Below, in pieces: positions 15,607-20,000 of a stretch of DNA of 20,000 bases. The translations under genes and the position numbers were made by a program. Under the pieces are notes generated by a model. It was not told the DNA's origin. It ran no database searches and saw nothing but the letters and a program-made list of their open reading frames with translations. Positions within the stretch are counted from its first letter, which is position 1; each line of letters begins with the position of its first letter. The DNA lies in contig JBBEBM010000056.1 of NCBI GenBank assembly GCA_040882355.1, positions 60,348 through 80,347 on the forward strand, given 5' to 3'. The stretch is from Dehalococcoidia bacterium (GTDB lineage Bacteria; Chloroflexota; Dehalococcoidia; DSTF01; RBG-16-68-14).

Positions 15607-18603
15607 TCACTTTGGCATCGCCAGCAGCATCGCGTCCAGCAGGCGCTTCTCTTCGGCGTTTCGTGGATAGAGCGCCGACAGCGCGTTCGCCAGGCGCAAG
15701 AAGTCCGGGCCGCGCTCCTGCTCCGTCGCCAGCAGCGTCCGGAGCGCGTTCGCGCGACCGCTCGCCTGTAGCAGCATCGCCGCGTGGACGCGGTCGAGCG
15801 TCGTCGCGTCGAGCCGATTGCCGATTGCTTCGTCAGTCGCCGTGACGACGACCTTGCGCCGCCCGCGCCTCGGCTTCGGCTCGCCCTGCATCTCCAGGAA
15901 GAGCGAGAGCTGGGCCGATGGCTCCGCCTCCAGCCGGTCGGCGACGGCCTGGGCGCCGTCCTCGCCGAAGAGGCGCTTCGCGCGCTCAGCGACGGGCAGC
16001 AGCCGCACGACGCCCTTGGTCGTCTCGATGATGCGCCCCTCCCAGTCGTCCAGGTGGATGCCCAACGGCTGGGCGAAGCGGCGCACCACGTCGTAGACCA
16101 GCGTGTAGCCCTTCGGCTTGCGCCGTCGGGCGCTGCTCTCCTCCTCCTCGGCATCCTCTTCAACGGCGCCGTCTTCGTCCGGGCCCGCGTTTGCCGCGGC
16201 GCCGTTGGCCTCCTGGCCGCCATTCGTGCTCTGGAGCGTCCAGAGGAAGAGTGAGGTCAGCCTGGCGTCCTCCTCCAGGGCACCGGCGTCGTCCTCTGAG
16301 CCGAGCACCTGGCGCAGTGCCGCCCGGCCGACGACCTCCCAGACGTAGGCCAGGTAGCCGCGCTCGTGTGGCTCGACAGCCTCCGGGTCGCCGCCGAGCG
16401 GGATCTCCCGGTCCTCGGCGTCGACGACCTTGGAGTAGCGGCTGTAGACCTCCAGCGCCGGGCCGATGCAGGCGAAGACGAGGTCCGCGCCGCGTACGCC
16501 CTCGCCCTGCAAGCGCTCCATCCAGTCCCCGACGCGCCGCGGCAGCTCCCTGAGCACATCCGCCCATTCGCCTATTGGCGCGTCCCCGGGCCGTGGGCGG
16601 CAGACGAGATGTACGGATGTGGCCAGTGCCGCTGAGGCACGTGCACGGAGTCTCGACCCCATTTCCGTGGCAATCGGCCACGATGCGGTAACAGTCCAGC
16701 CCCCAGAAACTGCGCCAGAAAGCAACGCCTCCCATCCCTCAGTTGTCTTGTGGGCGAATACAACGGCGCCTAGGCCGTCTTCCGTTAGTACGCGCCGTCC
16801 TTCTGCAAATGCCTCTGCCATGGCGTGTTCGAAAAACGCTCGATCTTTTGGTGCACCGTTGAGCTCCTTGCTCTCGTCTTGGACGATTTCTTGAAGCTTT
16901 GGTGCCAGCGAATTTGTGGCGTCGAATGGATCGCTAACGAACGTTCCCGGAGGAAAAGCCCGCCGAATCCAGACAAGGAAGAAGTCTGACAGATCAGCAT
17001 AAGGAACAGCATCATAGTAAGGGGGGTCGGTGAACCATACATCAGCTGACTCATCTGGCAGCGGAATCCGCCGGGCATCGCCTGGTTGAACGGTACCTGC
17101 CGTCGCTACTGCTGCGATCATCGAAACTGGTGCGACAGATCGACGAATTGAGCTGTCAATAGTCCCGCTGGATTCGCCAATTGGAACTGCTTCGGCGAAG
17201 TCCCACTTCATGGGAAGGGCAAAACGAGTCATCATATGCGCAGGGATCTCCGCATTGGCTGATGGTTGCCAAGTCGACAAGCTGCTATTCATGTCGACGA
17301 TCTTGCTAAACGCCAAGCTCAGGAATGCGCGGAGATCGTCGTCCTGCTCTCGAATGAGGCCGGCAATAGTCAAAAGCGCCAACTTTTGGCGGATGGTGGT
17401 CAGGTCTCCCCAATTGGTCATGCCGTAGCGTTGGACGCGAAAGCCCAGGGTACCTACCGGAGGTAGGGGTTCGTTCGGCATGTCGATCCCCTCCTTTGCG
17501 AGGTGGGGCAGGCGGGAGGCAAGTTCCTCAGCCGCGCGAAGGACGGGCACATAGTCGCCGTCCGTAGCTATCCGGTACAGGCGGCCCTTGGTGTCAGAAC
17601 GCAGAGCCGCGACGGCCATCAGGCGAGCTCCGCCCTTTCGCTTTCCGGCGTTGTCGAACACTACGTCAGCTCCCCCGTGTTGTTCTGTGAGTTGAGCGCG
17701 CACGCGGTCAGGTCCGAGTACGATTCCGCACGCTGGGCAAGTTGCCCGACCTCCGCTCACCGTTCCTCTCGGCACATCGGAAGCGCTTGTTGGTTCGAGT
17801 ATCTCGAACTCAACCTGAGGCAGGCCAGACTGTGAACGAGTCACGAAATAGCGAAACGCGCGCTTTCGGTGCGGCTTCTTTGACAACCAACAGGATCTTA
17901 CGAGTGGTATTTCCGCGCCACATCCTGGTGTCTCGCAGCTAACTGTCCTAGCCCATATGTACGCAATTGGTTGGCTTCCATCGGGATCGGGTGGGTAGAA
18001 CGATCGGAGCTCTCTCTCTGCACGATCTTTAACCTGCATGCCCGCCGAAAGGACTCTCGCTGAAATGGCGTTACCGTCGCGCGGTATCTGTGACACGACA
18101 ACTCTGAGGATCATGTTCGCGACGGGGTTCAGATCAGCGGCAAAGGCGTCACAACCAAGCCGGAGGGCCTCGAGCGGGATCGAGCCGCCGCCGGCGAACG
18201 GGTCGACGACGAGGGGCGGCTCTTCGGGATGCGCTGCGCGCACGAGCGCCCGCCCGGCTTCAAGGTAGAGTTGGTTCGCAGCAAGGTCCCAGTTGGCGAA
18301 GTCCCCGGTGAATTTCAGTAGCGCGTCGCGCAGGTCATTGTCGGAAGGTCCAATCTTCTGAATGGCGGCCAGCGCGTCGCGCGCCCCGGTCTTGAACTCC
18401 GGCGGGCAGTGCTCGTCACATGGGTCAGGGAGGAGTAATGCGAGCAAGACGGCTCGGCTCGATGCCGTGGGCCGTGCGGCTGGCCAGATGTGGATCTTCG
18501 GAATGTGGCCACGTCGGGATTCCTTCTCCGCGACTGCATGCTTGGAGACGACGGCGATGGGAAAGTCGACCTCGGCCAGGCGCTTGCACTCGCGGGGGAT
18601 CAT
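15607..18603 (-). CDS. DUF1156 domain adenine-specific DNA methyltransferase with Zn ribbon (COG1743-like)
   Basis: KRLAEVDFPI N-terminus, motif I DPFAGGGSIPLEALRLG, YIWARTVSCETPGC...CPAC, motif IV TDPPYYD, VVFAHKTTEGW. Start set at ATG 18603 to avoid overlap with the upstream gene. Confidence 0.93.
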   Translation of the reverse strand: MIPRECKRLAEVDFPIAVVSKHAVAEKESRRGHIPKIHIWPAARPTASSRAVLLALLLPDPCDEHCPPEFKTGARDALAAIQKIGPSDNDLRDALLKFTGDFANWDLAANQLYLEAGRALVRAAHPEEPPLVVDPFAGGGSIPLEALRLGCDAFAADLNPVANMILRVVVSQIPRDGNAISARVLSAGMQVKDRAERELRSFYPPDPDGSQPIAYIWARTVSCETPGCGAEIPLVRSCWLSKKPHRKRAFRYFVTRSQSGLPQVEFEILEPTSASDVPRGTVSGGRATCPACGIVLGPDRVRAQLTEQHGGADVVFDNAGKRKGGARLMAVAALRSDTKGRLYRIATDGDYVPVLRAAEELASRLPHLAKEGIDMPNEPLPPVGTLGFRVQRYGMTNWGDLTTIRQKLALLTIAGLIREQDDDLRAFLSLAFSKIVDMNSSLSTWQPSANAEIPAHMMTRFALPMKWDFAEAVPIGESSGTIDSSIRRSVAPVSMIAAVATAGTVQPGDARRIPLPDESADVWFTDPPYYDAVPYADLSDFFLVWIRRAFPPGTFVSDPFDATNSLAPKLQEIVQDESKELNGAPKDRAFFEHAMAEAFAEGRRVLTEDGLGAVVFAHKTTEGWEALLSGAVSGGWTVTASWPIATEMGSRLRARASAALATSVHLVCRPRPGDAPIGEWADVLRELPRRVGDWMERLQGEGVRGADLVFACIGPALEVYSRYSKVVDAEDREIPLGGDPEAVEPHERGYLAYVWEVVGRAALRQVLGSEDDAGALEEDARLTSLFLWTLQSTNGGQEANGAAANAGPDEDGAVEEDAEEEESSARRRKPKGYTLVYDVVRRFAQPLGIHLDDWEGRIIETTKGVVRLLPVAERAKRLFGEDGAQAVADRLEAEPSAQLSLFLEMQGEPKPRRGRRKVVVTATDEAIGNRLDATTLDRVHAAMLLQASGRANALRTLLATEQERGPDFLRLANALSALYPRNAEEKRLLDAMLLAMPK

Positions 18604-18619
18604 GGCTGGCCTCTGGTGC

Positions 18620-19435
18620 CTAGCCCCATGTGACAGGCCATTCCAGCTCATGGGGCGTACCACTCAGGTCGTCCCAGCGAGTCGTGACAGTTATCGGATG
18701 CTCACCGCGCCGACGCGCTACTTTGATTACGAGGCGCTGCGATGCGTGAAGTGTTGCTATGGGGAAGGGATTGGGGCCGACAAGTTCCGGCAGTTGCTGG
18801 TTTTCAGCTGATGTCCAAGCCCAATCTGCGTTCCGGACGTCACCTTCTCCATCGTTCTGGAAGATCAAGAAGTACTCATGGCCAGTCGATGTGCCGCTAC
18901 TCGGCCTATACTCTGTGCGAGTCTCGAAGCTAAGCCTGCCCGGCCGCGCAACCGCCAGGCCAAACTCGTGGGCGAAGCCTGGCGAGCGAGCGAAGCGTTC
19001 GCCAGCCTGGCGTCGAGACAGGTATGTGGTCGACCGAGACGACCTTGCCCACGCTGTGCCCTTGTAGAAGTGCGGGGCACGTGGACTGGGCGCCACTTCG
19101 ATCACTAGACAGCCAGCACCGGACGGCTCGATCGGAACTGGCGCCGTGACGGTTGGGTTAAGAGGCTCATCCAGGCTACGGCCAACGAGATCGACTCTCT
19201 CAGCAGCGCCGTTCAGGTCAAGAGGCAGGAGACTGGTCGCCCGGCCATCGTCTTCCACGATCCCATAGATGATAATGCCTCCGTCTGTATTCGCCATAGC
19301 TGCGAGTGCCTTTGCGAGCGAGTCGTTCTGACCGCTTGGTGGCATTTGCTGCTTGAATTCTAGGCGCGAACTCTCTTCTAGCTGTTCGTGGACGATACGC
19401 TCTATGTCTTCCCTGGTGCTTGGTGGCCAGCTCAC
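18620..19435 (-). CDS. AlbA_2/Schlafen domain protein with predicted C-terminal Ig-like domain
   Basis: EESSRLEFK, LAKALAAMANTDGGIIIYGIVED, IEVAPSPRAPH...AWARS. Beta-rich C-terminus YFLIFQNDGEGDVRN...ITVTTRWDD. GTGA overlap with upstream gene. Confidence 0.88.
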   Translation of the reverse strand: MSWPPSTREDIERIVHEQLEESSRLEFKQQMPPSGQNDSLAKALAAMANTDGGIIIYGIVEDDGRATSLLPLDLNGAAERVDLVGRSLDEPLNPTVTAPVPIEPSGAGCLVIEVAPSPRAPHFYKGTAWARSSRSTTYLSRRQAGERFARSPGFAHEFGLAVARPGRLSFETRTEYRPSSGTSTGHEYFLIFQNDGEGDVRNADWAWTSAENQQLPELVGPNPFPIATLHASQRLVIKVARRRGEHPITVTTRWDDLSGTPHELEWPVTWG

Positions 19436-20000
19436 TGAAGGTCACCTCCAGCGCCAGCGTCATAGGTGGCGCGCCGCTCGCGGACCTGGGTAGGTTGCTT
19501 CGCCGCGTCGACGGTCAGATAGTAGTGCGCCACCTTGACCACCTCATGCCAGGGCAGGCGGGCCGGGTCAGCGATCGGCTCCTCCAGGCGCGGCACGGCG
19601 TGGCAGTTGGTGACGACGTAGAGCCAGTAGCAATCGCGCCGGTCCTCGGCGACGCGGCGCTCGTTGGGGGTGAGCAGGATCGTGCCGGTGGCCGCGCCGA
19701 TCCCCTTCACCTCGATCAGCCGCAGATCGCCCGTGCTCAGGTCGAGGCTGGTGACGTCGTAGCCCAGGTTCTTCTCACTGACGTCGTAGACCTTGCGACC
19801 GAGCGCGGCCTCTCGCTCCATGACGATGCGCATCGCCGTTGCCTCCACCTCGGCGTCAGGCCGCAGGCGGCGCACCTCCGGCGCATCGGCGGCGGGGTGC
19901 GGGAGGACGAGCACGGACACGATGCGCTCGACGCCCTGGAGGGTGAGCGAGCGCTGCTGTTCGAGCTCGCGGCGGCGGCGGTCGCGGCGGGCGAGCAGGT
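19432..20000 (-). CDS. C-terminal part of a DUF3883 (PD-(D/E)xK) domain protein, probably an SNF2 helicase-DUF3883 fusion; 5' end outside window
   Basis: EVEATAM..VM..E...DVS..NLGYDVTS...IEVKG...LTPNE...YWLYVV. Frame open to the window edge (LLARRDRRRRELEQQRSL, coiled coil). The helicase part is inferred from gene context and is not visible. Confidence 0.85.
   Translation of the reverse strand, partial: LLARRDRRRRELEQQRSLTLQGVERIVSVLVLPHPAADAPEVRRLRPDAEVEATAMRIVMEREAALGRKVYDVSEKNLGYDVTSLDLSTGDLRLIEVKGIGAATGTILLTPNERRVAEDRRDCYWLYVVTNCHAVPRLEEPIADPARLPWHEVVKVAHYYLTVDAAKQPTQVRERRATYDAGAGGDLQ

Noticed and set aside
12815..18603. Canonical BREX or type I/III RM system
   Set aside because: No PglZ, BrxA/B/L, HsdS or Res gene in the window; the motifs fit DUF499/DUF1156.
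18604..18663. N-terminal extension of the methyltransferase in the ORF track
   Set aside because: It overlaps the AlbA_2 gene; family-like sequence begins at MIPRECKRL (18603).

Overview
GC-rich bacterial window, probably Chloroflexota (Dehalococcoidia-like, inferred from the C-terminal tail of the first ORF). Left part (1-9.1 kb): 5'-truncated RCC1-repeat surface protein, intact tRNA-Leu(TAA), TetR-SDR pair, an ArsR-led VOC/SRPBCC/DHFR-like/DUF1801 operon with a clear promoter/operator, a putative nuclease-wHTH gene and a small RHH-like gene. Right part (9.15-20 kb): an integration hotspot with two orphan tRNA 3' halves (Cys-GCA 9157-9204, Arg-TCG 12510-12553; att-like). Between them are a frameshifted AbiTii-like gene, a tyrosine integrase remnant, a low-GC archaeal-type purD and a Zn-ribbon/pseudo-receiver gene. 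Right of the Arg site is a minus-strand DUF499-type restriction-like defence operon: DUF3883-terminated (probably helicase) gene, AlbA_2/Schlafen + Ig-like gene, DUF1156 adenine methyltransferase, DUF499 ATPase. The best candidate for new biology is the Schlafen-Ig gene embedded in this operon. All family calls are by motif recognition; no searches were run.
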